DNA from: Lepidodermella squamata
Lineage: Eukaryota > Animalia > Gastrotricha
NCBI GenBank assembly: GCA_047495785.1
Contig: JBLDXI010000036.1
Coordinates: 62,001 to 126,000, forward strand
Length of the DNA: 64,000 bases
Direction: 5' to 3'
The translations under genes and the position numbers were made by a program. The notes below the pieces were generated by a model. That model had not been told where the DNA came from. It did no database searches and saw nothing but the letters and a program-made list of their open reading frames with translations. Below, in pieces: positions 38,003 to 52,900 of this stretch. Position 1 is the first letter of the stretch. Each line of letters opens with the position of its first letter.

Positions 38003-40006
38003 CTAAAATAAGGTCAAACTCACAGGGGGATCGGGAGCGAACTTCTCGCACACCGCATATGGAATGTGGGTGTTACAGTCGAACGATTTGTATACCACTG
38101 GGGTTGCGTAAGTTCCATCGTCGGTAGGAGCCAGGGCAACACAGGCTTCGTCCGGTGGTGAAACCCACTGGCTCGCAGTGTTCGTGAAGCTGGAACCGTC
38201 GTACCACTGAAACTCGCCGTTGTTGTGGTTCAGGCCAATCCACGCAGATTCAATGACAACACCACCGGCTTGGTACGCCTGCAAGTTGTAGATGGCATAG
38301 GTCAAATCACCGGCCGACATTATTGTCGCGAGCGAGCCGTTGATAGCTTGGCCCTCTGCCATTGCGCCGCCCCGAGTTGCTGCGGTTAGCTCAGTGACGA
38401 TTAGCTTCTTGACAGATAACGCGCACTTGGCCTGGTCCGGGAAGACGCGGTAGCCTGGGAATCGGTCTTCAGTCGCCGAGTCACAGCCAACGCCGGTGCT
38501 TGATGTGCATCGAACTATTGACCTGTTAGTTTTCTTGGCGCAGCGAACAAAGCCGACCTGAGCCTGATGGGAAAGGATAGGAGTACTTAAATATTTTTCC
38601 TAAATTCTATGAAGCTTTCTGAACCTTAGGTCAAAGCTAAAGCAGAATAAAATCATTCTTTGGAATTTTGCATTTTCTAGAGAAAAGTTTCCCTGGAACT
38701 TACGGCAGGGGCAAGATCAGCGAGGCAGCTGCCATAGTTCATTGGGAAGCTCTGCGTGGATGCGAACAGCTTGATCTAAAATGAATTGGTATGCTGAAAA
38801 TTAATTAGCTTCGTCCAGCGTTTAAAATTTACTTGATAAAAGTTCTGGGGGCAAATGGCGTAGCACGACTTGGCTCCAGCTCCATCCATGCATTGAACAG
38901 CTTTCTGTTTGAAAAATCACAAGTTAGGATGGTATACGATTCACAATTTCCTACTCACCCCTAAAACGCAGTTCTCCAAATTCGAGTAGATACTGTTTGA
39001 GTAGACCTGCGTCTCCGTGCTGGCTGAACAGCCGACGCTTCGTGGTTTGCAGAGATTGAACTGGCCGGAAGTTTTGCTGAAACAACGAACATGCTGAGTC
39101 TCGCTGACCGGAACAGTCACTGAAAAAATAAAACAAAAAAGTAGAACGCGAGGCCTGGATTTCGATCAAATTGCAATGAAAAAAATATTTTAAAAAATTT
39201 TTGGAAATTTTAAATTGAGAGGAATTAATCTACCTTGGCCGTTGGTGCAAAGGCCGAGATTGCCATACAGCGTTGTGCTAGTGTTCTGGAAAAAAATCAA
39301 TTAGGCTGAAGCCATGACCAATTCGATTTTAGACTTACCGAACTATTCGGACAGGTGAAGGAATCTGGAACGCACGTTTGGATGGTACCGTTCAATGTGC
39401 AACGCCTAAATTGCAAATTCTAGGGAAAATGAGGAATATGCAAAAAGTTAGCAATCATTAAAATGTCTCACGCTGAAAGTGACCCGTCTCGCCTCGCATG
39501 CGTTGAAGTTGAATTTGAAACTCAGCGTAGCTGCTGTGTTGGCGAACCAGAAAAGCTAGGCAAAACAAGATAATTTTATGCGAAATTGTTTTGTAAATTG
39601 GTTACTTACGTTCATTTCACCTCCAAGCAAATTGCAACCCAGGTTTCCGGGCCCGCATGATGGGGTGAGAGCCCCATATTTGTAGCACATACGGGCATTC
39701 TAATAAATAAAAAAATTGCACACGAAAAAACAAAATTTTAAAAATTTGCTAACCCCAGGTACCGACTCGCAGGAAAACCGGCCCTTGCTGTGAAATAAGC
39801 AATTTTTGAATACAGATTTTATATTTAGGTTCAAGAGACCTGAAAATCACGAAGAGGATCACAGCCAGTAGCCGCTTGAATGCAGGTCGTGAATCGTTCG
39901 TTCGTTCGTGCGAGAAGCATCGCACCCAGTTGGTTGGCCTCGACCTGCCAAAGGCTGGATCGACCAGGGCGATCAGACATAGCAGAGCTAAATAAGTTAG
40001 AGCCAT
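38003..40006 (-). CDS. Duplicate of the type B 4-Cys + CTLD gene at 24195-26198
   Basis: Identical at +13808. Confidence 0.65.
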
Positions 40007-41236
40007 CAAAAATAAACTTTTCAGTAGCTGGAAAATTGAATGAATGAATTTGAAGAATGGCTCTCAATTTCAACGTTCTCTTTCAGGCCATACGTTTGCG
40101 GCGCCGTTCATCTCTCTGTGTCATGGCACGCTCCGCCAAACACTGGCCGCAAAAATCGTGTGCTGATCTTGTTATTTTTGACCAAGTTCAATTTCGCAGA
40201 CATTTGCTGAGGTTTTTATTACAAAAATAGATTGCTGGAAAATTTGAACGCACTCGGTATAGTGAAAAAAGTTGACGTCATTGGAAAGAAACTATAATAC
40301 GAAGAAAAATCATCCTAGTTTATTTTTGGACAATATTTTCTGGTTCATTCTACAATATTTTCGATGACATTCGATGATGGCTCGCCGAAAAATTAATCAC
40401 AACGCTGATCGAACAATAGTACCTCGGTTTTAAAAAAAACGTAACTTTTGATATTTCGCCGAATACCCGCTGATTTAGTCGAAATATGTTTGAGACAAAT
40501 GGGACCACCTGCCAACGATAGCGCAGAGGATTTAGAGCCTGTCCATGTCAGTAAATTATAATTTCTTGTTTTATAATTGACATTACAAAGACTTCACTAT
40601 GTTTCGAACAGCTTTGGACATAATCAGCGGGTATTTTCGGAGTTGTTGGCGAGAAAATCCATTTTGTTGGTGAAAGTATGCCAATCGATAGCGGTTTCCG
40701 TTGCATAGGTGAGAGTCCACAATTTGATTGTGAAAACGCAAAGTTGATGGTAGAAATTATATTTCCCCTTCCGCGTTAAAATATACCCTGAATTTGCTGG
40801 TGATTTTTTAAAATTATATAGTCAATTTTGACTCGCAAGATAGATCCTAATATTTTGATTTCAGGCCACTGGAAAATTCCAAAAATTAGCAAATTAGTCT
40901 CCGCTAACAGGAGGACCCGAATTCAAAAAAATGATTCGACACGGTACGGCTTGGGGCAATCTTGAAGCTTCCAAGTTGACTAGAGATTTCAACCAAATAA
41001 AACGAGGAAAATTTGAAGATTTTCTACTAAAAAAGCTCCAAAACCTTAAAAAATCGCCGAAACAGGGGGATAAATTCTCATTTTTGTTGTGCGGTCTTGC
41101 CCCTCCTCTGTCGCTTACTGGAACGATTCCAAAATAATGCCACAATTGATCTCAATAAATTGGATTGATGTATAAGATACATCGTATTCCATCTTCTTTA
41201 CTTCATTCTCTCACGAATAATTTCAGATCAAAAGAA

Positions 41237-43631
41237 TCATAAAAACCTCTCGCATAAGACGTTGTCAATGAGGTAATCGCAAGTTATTGTTCTATAGTAG
41301 AAATCGCTACTTGGATACTGATTGATTGCTTGATATTGATACGAAAAATACACGCAGCCATCAGGCGAAGAATTGATAACCCACTGCGATGCAAATTGAT
41401 TGAAGTCCGAACCATCGTCCCATTTGAATACGCCGTTTTGCCCTTGAAGAGCCACCCAGTTATTGCCGATTCTTGGTGGACCTTTCAGCAGCTGTCTGGC
41501 GGCCGCCAGCTCTATATCTGACCTAATCGAAGCCATCGTAGCATTTTGTTGCGCGCATTTAGCCGAACCGGCGTCATGATTGCCTACCCCCAAAGGTAAT
41601 ACAAAGTATTGCTTGACCACATTTTGACAGCTGGTCTCGTCCGCATAGTTGACTGTAGCCGGAATTCGAATTTCAGTAGCCGCGTTACAGCCTGGTCTGT
41701 CGCCGACGCATGGAACCACGGCGTCACTTTTGCCAACACAACGTAAATAGGCAGACTGTAAAATATTAAAAACATTTGTTATTCGAAATTCACACATCTT
41801 CGATTCCCTTAGCATTTCGAAGGGTACAAAAGGGCACATAATTAAGGACATTGAAAAAATCACACAAATCAATTATGCTAAACAATTCAAACTTGAAAAC
41901 CCAAATCAAATTTAGATATTAGAATTTTCCTGTTTAATGGCATTAAATAAAGTACTTGTTTAAACAAGATTTTGCCTTGCTTCACCTGTGTGAGGTCTTT
42001 GGGACAGGCTGCGTATGACAGTCGATCGGAAGAATCCTTGCAGGAAACAGCTTTCTGTTAAAGAAAACCCGCATGGTATGTCAAAGCTCGAACATTTATT
42101 TAGTGTTTAAAATTACGCCGAGCAGGCAAGATTCACGGTTGACGTAAACTTGAGACGAATATTGCCGAGTTTCGCTGCTAGCATAGCAGCCAGAGTTCTG
42201 CGGTCGGCAGTTGTTGAATTTTCCAGTTGTTGAATCAAAGCAACGGATATGCGGCTTCTCGCTGATAGGAACGGTGACTGCAAGTTGAACAGATCACAAT
42301 TAGTGTGCGGGAGTACGTGAGGAGATGGGTATAGGGGATACGTGCACCCCACCTCGAGTGGTCCAGGCAAAAGAACCCAAAAAAACCACATGAGAACCAC
42401 ATAAAAACCGCAGGACCCTGTAGCCAGATGAATTCAGAGCTGAAAATACCCAAACGTCAACCCCACCCCTCGGGGATCCTACTTCATCCACTGAAATTGG
42501 TCAAGCTAAGGCATCTTCGCTCTTGAACGAAATGCAGAACCAACAATAACTTGAGAAGTTTACTAACCTGATCAATTGGCGCAAGAAGCGAGATCGGGAT
42601 ACAACGTCGATTCAGTGACCTTTAAATAATAAAAGATACAATCTAACTTCCCTCGAAGTAATCGGTCTCTTCGTTGGAGCCCGTGGTACCATCACCAAGT
42701 TCTTCCGCGACTTCGCAAAACGTCTCGAACTACCGCAGTCACTCATGTGCGACATCGTCATTTCAACGATAAAAGACTCATGCAAAATCATAAATAATCA
42801 TTTGTACAGAAAGAATTAGTTAAATGTAAATACCCGCGTCTATAGGCAAACTGTTACTTAGTATCAGTCGGATCATTGTTTTAACAATAAACTACTACCT
42901 TGTTAAACTGAATCTTGGTCGAAAAATACAACTTACCCAATTGTTCGGGCAAAAGTAAGGCTCTGGAACACAGGTTTTGGTAACGTCAGTAGAAGTGCAT
43001 CGTCTGAATTTTAATTTCTAGAAAAATGATACAAACAATTATTAATAGAGTTTGGGATTTCAGCAATTCCGGAATTCTCACATCGAAAACAGCTCTTTTC
43101 TTCTCGCATTCGTTTAGGTTGTAACGGAGATTGAGAGTCGGCAACCGGTTTCCGAACCAGAAAAGCTGGGAAAAATGGAGACAATTTATTTCTGGATTAA
43201 TAAAAGTTATTTTTGCTCACGTTCATTTCACCGGGTCTGTTGCAGCCAACATTTCCGGGCATTCACTTTGGAGTTAGAGCCTCGTATTTGTAGCACATCC
43301 GAGCATTCTACATAATTTTGAGAAACATTATTCTCCAAGACAAAGAATAGGGAAATAATCCTTACTCCTCGTTCGCAAACGCCAATCTTTCGAAAAATTT
43401 GGGCCCAACTGTCAATAAAGAGAAAATACCAATAAAGAATAAAGATTTCTGTAGATAATTCGACTGACTAACCGAATATTCGGTGAGTAGATTACAGGCA
43501 TTGGAAGCCAGTACGCAAGACGTGTATCTATTGCTTAGCTGCGAGAAGCATCGCATCCAATTCAAAGGCTTGCTACTTTTAGCTAGCCCAACAACCACAA
43601 CACAAAGCATAAACAAATGACAGGTATTCAT
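41237..43631 (-). pseudogene. Duplicate of the pseudogene at 27429-29823
   Basis: Identical at +13808. Confidence 0.8.
42623..42896 (+). mobile_element. Duplicate RLE-type LINE fragment
   Basis: Identical to 28815-29088. Confidence 0.75.
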
Positions 43632-44214
43632 TATCCGAAATAACCGAAATAAATTCTAGACTTCAATAAATGAATTAATGAAAAAATAAAGTGAATTAGA
43701 AATGAGGTCGATTTTCCCTCGATGACAGACAGAAACTTCTTTTTTTAAATTTTTACGCGCCGCACGCTTTCGTCTCACATATCAACAATAGCCTTTTGGC
43801 TGGGAAATTGAAGGCTATAGCAAAAAATCCCGATTATCTAAAGATAGCTCGTCTCTTGGCCAAAGTTCATTTGCGATTCGAGACAAAAAAAATCGATCCG
43901 GAAAGTAAAACGGTGTTCTGATTTCCTAACAACAGACATAAGACGCCTGTTTTTGAGTTCATTCAAGCATTTGTGAATTACGTAATCGAAATCACGCGTC
44001 CTCGAGATTTTTCCGATTTATCGCGAGCCCTGCCTAGGGGCGCAAAAAAACCTGGAAAGCTTTATGATGAAATGCAGACAAATCGCAAGGTCACCTATTT
44101 TTAGAAAGTGTCGCCAGACAACGCGTGTGAAGAATAGCTATCTATGAAACTATAACGCTCATTTTCATTCTAGCATTTGTTCTCTTTTTTGATAATAAAG
44201 ACCTTTTTATTATA

Positions 44215-45638
44215 ATGGCTATTCGCATTATAATTTTCCTGGGCTTTGCTGGATCGGCCTTCTCAGTCGACTACAAGCGCTGCTTTTCCCGGGTCAATGA
44301 TACCTTTACTGGTTGTAAATTGGCCTGCTCTTTCTTCGACGAAGTTCAACTCGGACTCGCTTTGCCGTCAACTGCCAGTTGCTTACAAGGGGTGAGATTC
44401 TGCGATTTTCAGAATCAAAATTAAATATTAAAGTGTGTTTATTTCAGTCCGCTAGAAGCTGTTTCAACTACAAAAGAATCAACGTGCGGTGTGTCCCTCG
44501 CAACTTGGCCTGTTCATCGATCGATGAAGTCATGGTTAGCCGTGAAGATTTTTTTGATATTTTCCGTAAATTTCATTACTTCACATATAGACAACTGAGT
44601 TTCTGGGCAATAATTTCGAAACACAGTATAAATTTTGCAGGACAACTGTCAAAAACTTTCTGGTCAGTCTTTTCTCTATTCAATATTTAATTGTTAAATG
44701 CGATTTTTTTAGAATGTTCAAGCTAAGCTATGCGACAAAAATGGCCAGCGAACTTGTATTCCAATCAATGGATCACGTCCTAAGGGTGGGGTAAGTGGAA
44801 AATATTGAATAAATTGGACTTATTTTTTCCCAATTTTAGAAAATTATTGGTTATTGGACTAGGACGTTGATGTGTATGGGGCAAGAAAATCGTGAGTTTC
44901 TCGATCGATGGCAATTATTTTTGAATTATTCATTTGTTTAGTTGTGAGAAGCGACGCAGATTTCGTGTCGCACTATCGATGCTTTCTTCAAAGCGACCGG
45001 TCATTTGCGGGCTGCCGAACAACACCTTGCAAAGCGGACAGCATGACGCAGGTAAGCCGATGATTCATTTGATTTTCGCTCATTGAAATTTATTTTCTTT
45101 TATTCAGTCCTATAGTCAGTGACTTTGATTTGATTTGATTTGATTTGATTTATTCAGTAAATCACAGGTCTTTGTAAATCAATCATTTCAAATCAAATCC
45201 CCAAAAAATCGATAGTAAATCAATCAAATCAAATCATCAGGCCTGTTTAAATCAAATCAAATCAAATCTTTCGCATAGGGAAACATGAGTATCATGGTAA
45301 ATTTCTGGGGATTCTTTCAAATTTCAAGCTTCGTTTTAGCACTATGAGTATGAAGGGGCATGAATAGCTCCAGGCTTTGGAAAACAGTAGTTTTCAAGGC
45401 AAATGTGAGTTCTCATGTTTAGCAACAGGGGAATTCCGAGAGTTCTTATTTTTATAAATCAGCAGTAAATCAAAAATCAAATGGGCTAAATTTAAATCAA
45501 ATCAAATCATCTTGAAATTTTCTAAATCAAATCATCAAAAAATGGCCTAAATCAAATCAAGTCTCTGCCTATAGTGCAGGAGCATACATAGATGAAGCTC
45601 ATCTAGATGAAGCTCATTGCGTCGCTCTAATCATCAAC
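44215..45638 (+). pseudogene. Duplicate of the disrupted type A gene
   Basis: Identical at +13808. Confidence 0.8.
45117..45567. mobile_element. Duplicate hAT MITE
   Basis: TSD CCTATAGT; identical to 31309-31759. Confidence 0.9.
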
Positions 45639-45775
45639 TGGTCAAAACAAAATCGCCTCTCTGAATATTTTCCAGTCCTTGTACGATCACGCGAAAATCT
45701 AAGTACATTACGCCAATCCTACGACCATTTTCAAATATTTTGACACTGATGGCGAGTTGAAAATTTTTTAACGAG

Positions 45776-46657
45776 ATGGGAGAAGCGACTTTCATGGGAG
45801 ACATCCAAAACATGACTCATGTGACTTTCAATACTAATTCTATGGTTCCAATTTTGATGATGTTGAAAAACTACGATCTCCACAATTTTCTTCGGAGAAT
45901 CGTCCAGCCCATTCTCGATCGAACTTCCGCAACGGAAATCGATGTATCCATTTTAATTTCAGCGGCATTGGGGATATTGCTACCAAGACCACGTGATGAA
46001 TTGGCTAAACTATTTAAGCGATTTGTTATGGTAGATTCAGCAAAGTGGGATAATTCTTACAAAATCGGAGTTCAAATTCGACTGGGAGATGAAAATGAAT
46101 TCTTCATGGACCCTGAAGAAGTTTTGTGTTACGGCGAATGGTTGCCAAACAAATTCTAGCTGCTAACAGGTCTAAATTCATAATTTTCCTAACTGCAGAC
46201 AAATTATTGGAGTCAAGCCGGTCTCTAATTAAGGAATCGATTATTCAAAAAATCAATAATCGATCGATCGAAATCGATATTGTGTCTACGAGCGATCGAT
46301 GCCCCGAAGTCGAAGCTCACCATTCTCAATATGATGCCAAAAGATGCGAGTCAGACCTGGTTGTTCTACGCACGGACTTTCCTCGATTTCTACGTTCTGA
46401 CACGCATTGATGAACTCGTGATTTCGCGTAGTGGTTACAGCGAAATGGCCTCATTTCACAGCCTGCGACCCACTTTGCGGTACTTTGTAGAAAATGTAGA
46501 TTCGCCGAGAGAGGCGTTGGTAAAATCGTGCCTCTTGAGCATGGCTATGGTGAAGCGATTCGGTTTGAGAATGCTGGCAAAGGTATGTCTTGCCAGTTTC
46601 AACATTTCAACCGAATCGGCACAACGTTCGCTTTTGAAGTTTGTGATTGAAAGTTGA
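45776..46657 (+). pseudogene. Duplicate fucosyltransferase-like remnant
   Basis: Identical at +13808. Confidence 0.65.
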
Positions 46658-46992
46658 CAGAATTCGATGAAATTAAAACGATGCGTCCCGCTGTCACCAT
46701 GCATAATGAAATGCCGACTTTATTCAGCTGATTTGCGCAAAAAAATATTTTATATTTAATTAAGTTACGGGATTTTAAGATAACAGGATGGCATGAATTA
46801 TAGCAAGAAAAAAAATCAATATCAACTGACATGTTGCTCATGATCAAGTGCATTTGGCCTTATAAGCAACAGCCAGAATTGAATTCAAGTCGCAGCATAC
46901 CTAAAAGATGCCAGAAACGATTAATCACTTTAATTAGGTTTAGATATAGATGCAAAATGATGACAGTAAACACAGACAGTCATCGATGATCA

Positions 46993-49900
46993 TCACTCGA
47001 CGGAGATCTCGCAAACGACGTGCTGGCTCATACTAAAAACTTCAAAGCACCCAGCTCGGTTCAGGTGTACGAAGGCCGCGTCGCCGTCAAGAGTCAAATG
47101 AACCATCGCGCACGGTGCTTCCTCATCCGGAAGGAAAGTCCAAAATCCATGAGGTGCTTCATCAATGATAGATCCATCCGCCCATTTCACAACACCATCG
47201 ATATAGAATGCCCCGACCCATGCGCGATCTACGTTCAGAAATGCCATCAGCTGCCTGATTGCAGCCATGTCATCAGCTGTTTTCACCGTAGCAATTCTCA
47301 AGTTTGCATTCTCGCACGTAGACGTAGCGTAGGTCACGTTGAAGTTGAATTCTTTCGAAAGGATCGTGTATTGCCTAACGGCGCTTATGCCGAGGTGATA
47401 AGTCTCACAAACAGCGCTTTTCGAGTAGGCTTCACATAGATGATCGTTCAATTTGAGGTTGTCCAACGATTCCCAGTCAAATTGGGTATATTCCACGCAC
47501 ATTTCACCGCCCGGCTCGCCTGGTGCCCACAGGTGAAACGCCGTGAAAGCAGAGCCGTCAATCCATTGGAAGGCGCCGGAATACTTGTCCAAGCCTATCC
47601 ATCCCGAGGAGAAGCCTGCAATCGCAAGAGCTGACCGAATTCGTCCTTGTTCTTGCAGTGTTTTGACAGTAGCGAGTTGCCCAGATTTAGCCACACAAAG
47701 GTCTCGCGCCTCGCTGCGACTGATATCCCTCTGCTTGTTAGCTATGAAGATCGTTTTAACGGCGCTGTTGCATAATCTTTCGGAGGGAAAAAATGAATCG
47801 AGCGGGAAGGGGACTTCTTCCCGTTCGCAGCCGGCAGTTGCCAATCTGCAAGTTACCCTGCCACCCCTTGTTTTCGCCACGCATCTCACATAGCTACCAT
47901 TCTATATAGGTAGTTTTAAATTCAATTAAATTTGTGAAAAAGGCACATGTTTTGCCAGAACATTCAAAGCAAATTAGGGTAAGGTTACCTAAATCTGCTT
48001 AAAAAAATCCATTTTTTTTCAAACGATGAGGTTCAAGACCTTAATGTGTCTTATACCAATTCAACCATGCTGAATTCGAATTTTGATGAATTGGAATCTC
48101 CCGGCTCGCCTGGTGCCCACAGGTGAAACGCCGTGAAAGCAGAGCCGTCAATCCATTGGAAGGCGCCGGAATACTTGTCCAAGCCTATCCATCCCGAGGA
48201 GAAGCCTGCAATCGCAAGAGCTGACCGAATTCGTCCTTGTTCTTGCAGTGTTTTGACAGTAGCGAGTTGCCCAGATTTAGCCACACAAAGGTCTCGCGCC
48301 TCGCTGCGACTGATATCCCTCTGCTTGTTAGCTATGAAGATCGTTTTAACGGCGCTGTTGCATAATCTTTCGGAGGGAAAAAATGAATCGAGCGGGAAGG
48401 GGACTTCTTCCCGTTCGCAGCCGGCAGTTGCCAATCTGCAAGTTACCCTGCCACCCCTTGTTTTCGCCACGCATCTCACATAGCTACCATTCTATATAGG
48501 TAGTTTTAAATTCAATTAAATTTGTGAAAAAGGCACATGTTTTGCCAGAACATTCAAAGCAAATTAGGGTAAGGTTACCTAAATCTGCTTAAAAAAATCC
48601 ATTTTTTTTCAAACGATGAGGTTCAAGACCTTAATGTGTCTTATACCAATTCAACCATGCTGAATTCGAATTTTGATGAATTGGAATCTCCTGGCACAGT
48701 CCATCGGAAACTATCGGGAACTTGGCAAATGACGTTATTCTACGGCCAGATTTGGACTTAGCATGATAAAATTAGGTAGTGTAAGAAAAAGGACAGCAAG
48801 ATTCGCTTTTGCATGCATTTTCATTGTGTGACCACTTAAAAGTCCAATCCAATGCGCACGCTGATTGGTCAATCGATCGTTGCTACGACTCCCGGATGAA
48901 ACGTTCAGTCGTGCGATCCATAAGATTTTTTGCAACAAGTGTTTTTTGCCGCAGTAGTTTACCACGATTAATATGGAGTTTACGCTCGTGGTCAATGGAA
49001 ACCGGGCAGAGGGCGTGGCAAGGTCATTTTTTAAATAAATATAAAATATTTTATTAGTGGATCGCACGACGGAAATGTTTCATTCCGGACTCATTATCAA
49101 CGATAAATTGGCCAATCAGCGTGCGCGCCTAAGTTAAACTTACCAGTGGTTCCACAATGCTAGCCTTGAATTGGGAGTTAGGCAATCGCTAATATACCTA
49201 ATTTCTTTCAGCCATTTTATTTCGATGCGCATTTTGCTGTACCGGGGCGGGGTACAATTGTGACAGGTACAAGGTACAAGTTTGACAACTTTTTTTCTAC
49301 GACCTTATGGCCTACCTGCGGTTGACTTCCCAAAATTTTGGAAAAATATCTAACAAATCCCTTGGCTCCTGTACAATAAGGGTATCGATTTTTCTGAATT
49401 CGATTCCATTATTGACTGCTGATTTTTGGAATCGAATCCTCGAAAACCCTAAAATCACCCCTCTGGATCACCAGGGCGGTTTTGGATAGAATTCTTTACA
49501 CCAAAATGAAGCTGGCGTTTAGGTGGTAATAATTGAAGTGAAAGCAGTCAATTTTAAAGAGCCAGTTCCAGGTAAATTACCTGCAAAGTAGCGATTCTGG
49601 AGGAGCAAGTTTGATAACTCGTTAGAACGATTTTTACAGCAGGTACAATTTTGACAACTCAGAAAGCTACCTTGAAAGACTTCTTAATCAAGTTTTGGAT
49701 GGCACTCCGATAAAGCCCGTCTCATGTAGATAATTCTAGAATTTTTCACAAATTCTAGTACCGTTCGTTTATTTTTGGTGAGTTTCGAAGCAATACCTTG
49801 AAAACAGCGTTTTAATAAAAAATCAACAAATCTCAATTACCACCACGTACACGATGAATCACTGCTGACGCTAGATGATCAAGTTGAAATAGGGGCATTA

Positions 49901-52900
49901 CCATAGAGTTGTCAAAGTTATACCAACTTGTCAAAATTGTACCTTTCTTTCGGGCCATTTTCCTCGTATGAAATACCTGGATCAGGCCGTGTAAAAATTA
50001 CAAAAACTATGCCCAGGGCAAGGGGGTTCTAACGGTGTAAAAATTTGGTTAGAATTCACCTAAATTGATTTTCTAGAATGTTTTACCAAGTTGTACCTTT
50101 TTGTTGTCAAAATTGTACCGTTCCCCGGTATGTTTATTTGAAAGGTTCAAACTTGTTAAGCATAGTTTAGTTTATAAATCCACAAAATTTGAACCCAATA
50201 GGACGCAAATTGAGCGAGTATGCAGTTTAGGTTCAGAAGTGAAGTTTTTATGCAGATTTATAGCACCCTCGAGCGATTTTAAATTTTTGTCTTTTTTGAC
50301 TTTCATAAACGATGGCTCCCTAACGGTGAGGTGTTGGCTTATGAGATTTTGTGAGCTTACTGGAATGGGTTCTGACTGCTCATGCTAAAATTTGAGCCCG
50401 GAGATCCTCATGGTTATGGACTGACAAGCGTTTGAAAAAATTGGAAATTTTTTATCCAGATTTATGGACGACAGCCGATAGCCATCAACGGTTTCATCAA
50501 AGTCGGTAAACAACATTAGGTCCCATATTCAGCAATGGTTTGCCGTAGCAACATTTTGAACTTTCATAATTTTATTTTGATGCAATTAAATAATTATGCA
50601 AATGAGTTTGAAAAAACCCGAAAAAGAGTTTTTTCTCGAACATTTTGCTGGCAAATTTTTCTTGGTTCTGTTTTTTTCAAACTCATCAAAATCAAGTTCA
50701 TAATGTTGCTACGAGTAATAGCATTCTGGGATTTTGAGAAAAACGTCGCGATGCGTTTGAAAAGGGCTGCTAAGTTTTTATTGTTGTTTATCATTTTTGG
50801 CGTTAATAATTGGAGAGCGGCCCCTTTTAAAAGCAACGCGACGAAAATCTTAAAAGAATCTTACCGGAGGGGGAGGCACATAGGTCTCGCAGATGCCTGC
50901 GTTGGTGTATTTTTCCGAACATGTTACGTCGAAAAGATACCGATCGGGTTGCTGTGCCGTCAGTCTCAGATCCAGCATGTAGATACCACACGAGCCATCG
51001 CCCGATGGTTCTTCGAAGCCCCACTGGGATGTCAGATTTTCAAACGGCGCTCCATCCATCCATGTCAACAAATTTTCGCGACGAGCCAGGCCGACCCAGG
51101 CTTCATTAATCGACTGCTTTGTCATCAAACTGCGAATTTGTTCTTGCTCGCTTGCTGTTTTGATCGTGGCTAATTGGCCAGATTGTTCAGAGCACTGCCG
51201 GTAAGCTGAGTACCAAGACATTGAGTCAGAAATCACGGCGAACAACTGTTTCACCACATTCTGACAAGCGGCTGCATTTTCGTAAACAGACCCGGACGGG
51301 AAGGCATATTCGTCTCGAGAACAGCCCGGCGTTGTAGAGCGGCAAGTAACTTGGCCAGTAGAAATTGAAACGCAGCGAGTGAAGCCGACCTTGATCACGA
51401 AAACAAATATCAGTCAATAATATTTGAATTGTTGAGGAGGGTTGCCCTCACAAAAAATTGAAATATAAAGTTCTCTATTGTATATGGCAATAGAGCACTT
51501 GATATTTCAATTTTTTTGCATAGCGCAGCCACTTTTTACCGTTGCCGAGAAAATCGCACAATAGAGCGAACGAATTGCTCGCCCAAGAGGAAAAACGTTT
51601 TGAGCCAATATTTTTTATTTACAAAATGAAAAATATTCGCCGAAAAATCCGTCCGCGTTTAATTATTCAAACTACAAGTTCAATTATGAGATTTTCTCGG
51701 CATCGGTAAAAAGTGGCTGCGCTATGCTTAGATAAAATGCGCAAGCGATAAAATAAGGGTAAAATAAAATGCGCAAGTGAGGGTAATTCTTTGAGGAATT
51801 CAAACTGATTTCATGAAATTAAGCCCGTTTGGGGAGTTTTTCATCCTTTTATCCAAGATTTTTTTGTAGAAATCCTCAAAAACTCGATGATAACAAAGAT
51901 TATTGGATTTTGCCTTAATTGTTGGGTCAAATCTCTTAGGATTTTTTAACCCTTCAACCTTAAACAAGAGGCATACTTGAAAAGAAACTTACTAGCCTTG
52001 AAGCATTTCAGATTTTTCTGATTTTCCATTTAATATGACCTCTCCCTCTAATTGTAGAGTTTCTGAACACTTTTCTGTTTTTTTTTGTTCGCCCACTCAC
52101 AGCGTGTCCCATATGTAACGCCAGCAAAGAGGATACAGGGAAAAGGATTTACAAACTCTTTAGTGAGAGACGAAGTCACATCTCATTGCCAGAAAAATGT
52201 TAGAAAATTTCAAAAAATCACGATAATACTATAATTTAGTATTTCACTTGATTATGGGATTAAAAAAGTCCGGATAAATTTGGTCCAACCGGGTAAAATA
52301 CCGAAAAATACCAAACCAGTTACCATCGGGATTTTCCGGGTTTTCTCCGGTAAATTTTGAATTTCTTCGGTTAAATCACGGATAAAAGATGAAATTTTCT
52401 CTCGATATGCTTAGTTCCGAAAAATTAGTTTAATTTTCTATAAAAGGTGGCCAAATTAAAAAATAGTTGCGCAACTTCTGTGACACACTGTATGTGACAC
52501 GCTGTAATTGGGAAGAAGATGCGCGGTGATTTGAGATTTCAAAGAGATATATCACTTTTTTAATTTGTTCAATCTGAAAGTAAGGAAAAAGCTTAGGAAT
52601 TGCTTCAACAAACCGGCGTCGTTCGTTTGACGAATGTCTCACAGAGCGCAAACTTTTTCTGGTCGCGACAATTGGCGATTCGGACATGGAAATCGGCCGG
52701 ATAATGGCTTGAGGCGGCAATGAACTCGAGGCTAGAGCATGAGCCATTGCCAATCAGCTCCATAAAGCCCCATGGTGTAGGCGGATTGCTGTACAACTCG
52801 CCATCTATCCATCGCTTCTCCGAGGCTTTGGTAAGACCTATCCAAGCTGAAGTCATCGAATTCGCATTGACAACTTTCCGAGCTTGCGCCAATTCGGTGA

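Larger units (their letters stand above)
22952..50567. repeat. 13,808-bp direct tandem duplication (22952-36759 / 36760-50567)
   Basis: All ORFs recur identically at +13808; junction ...CTTTCAT-AA-CTCAGC with 2-bp AA microhomology. Confidence 0.97.

Noticed and set aside
50535-51173. 212-aa plus-strand ORF
   Set aside because: Antisense to a CTLD exon plus intronic sequence; no motif.
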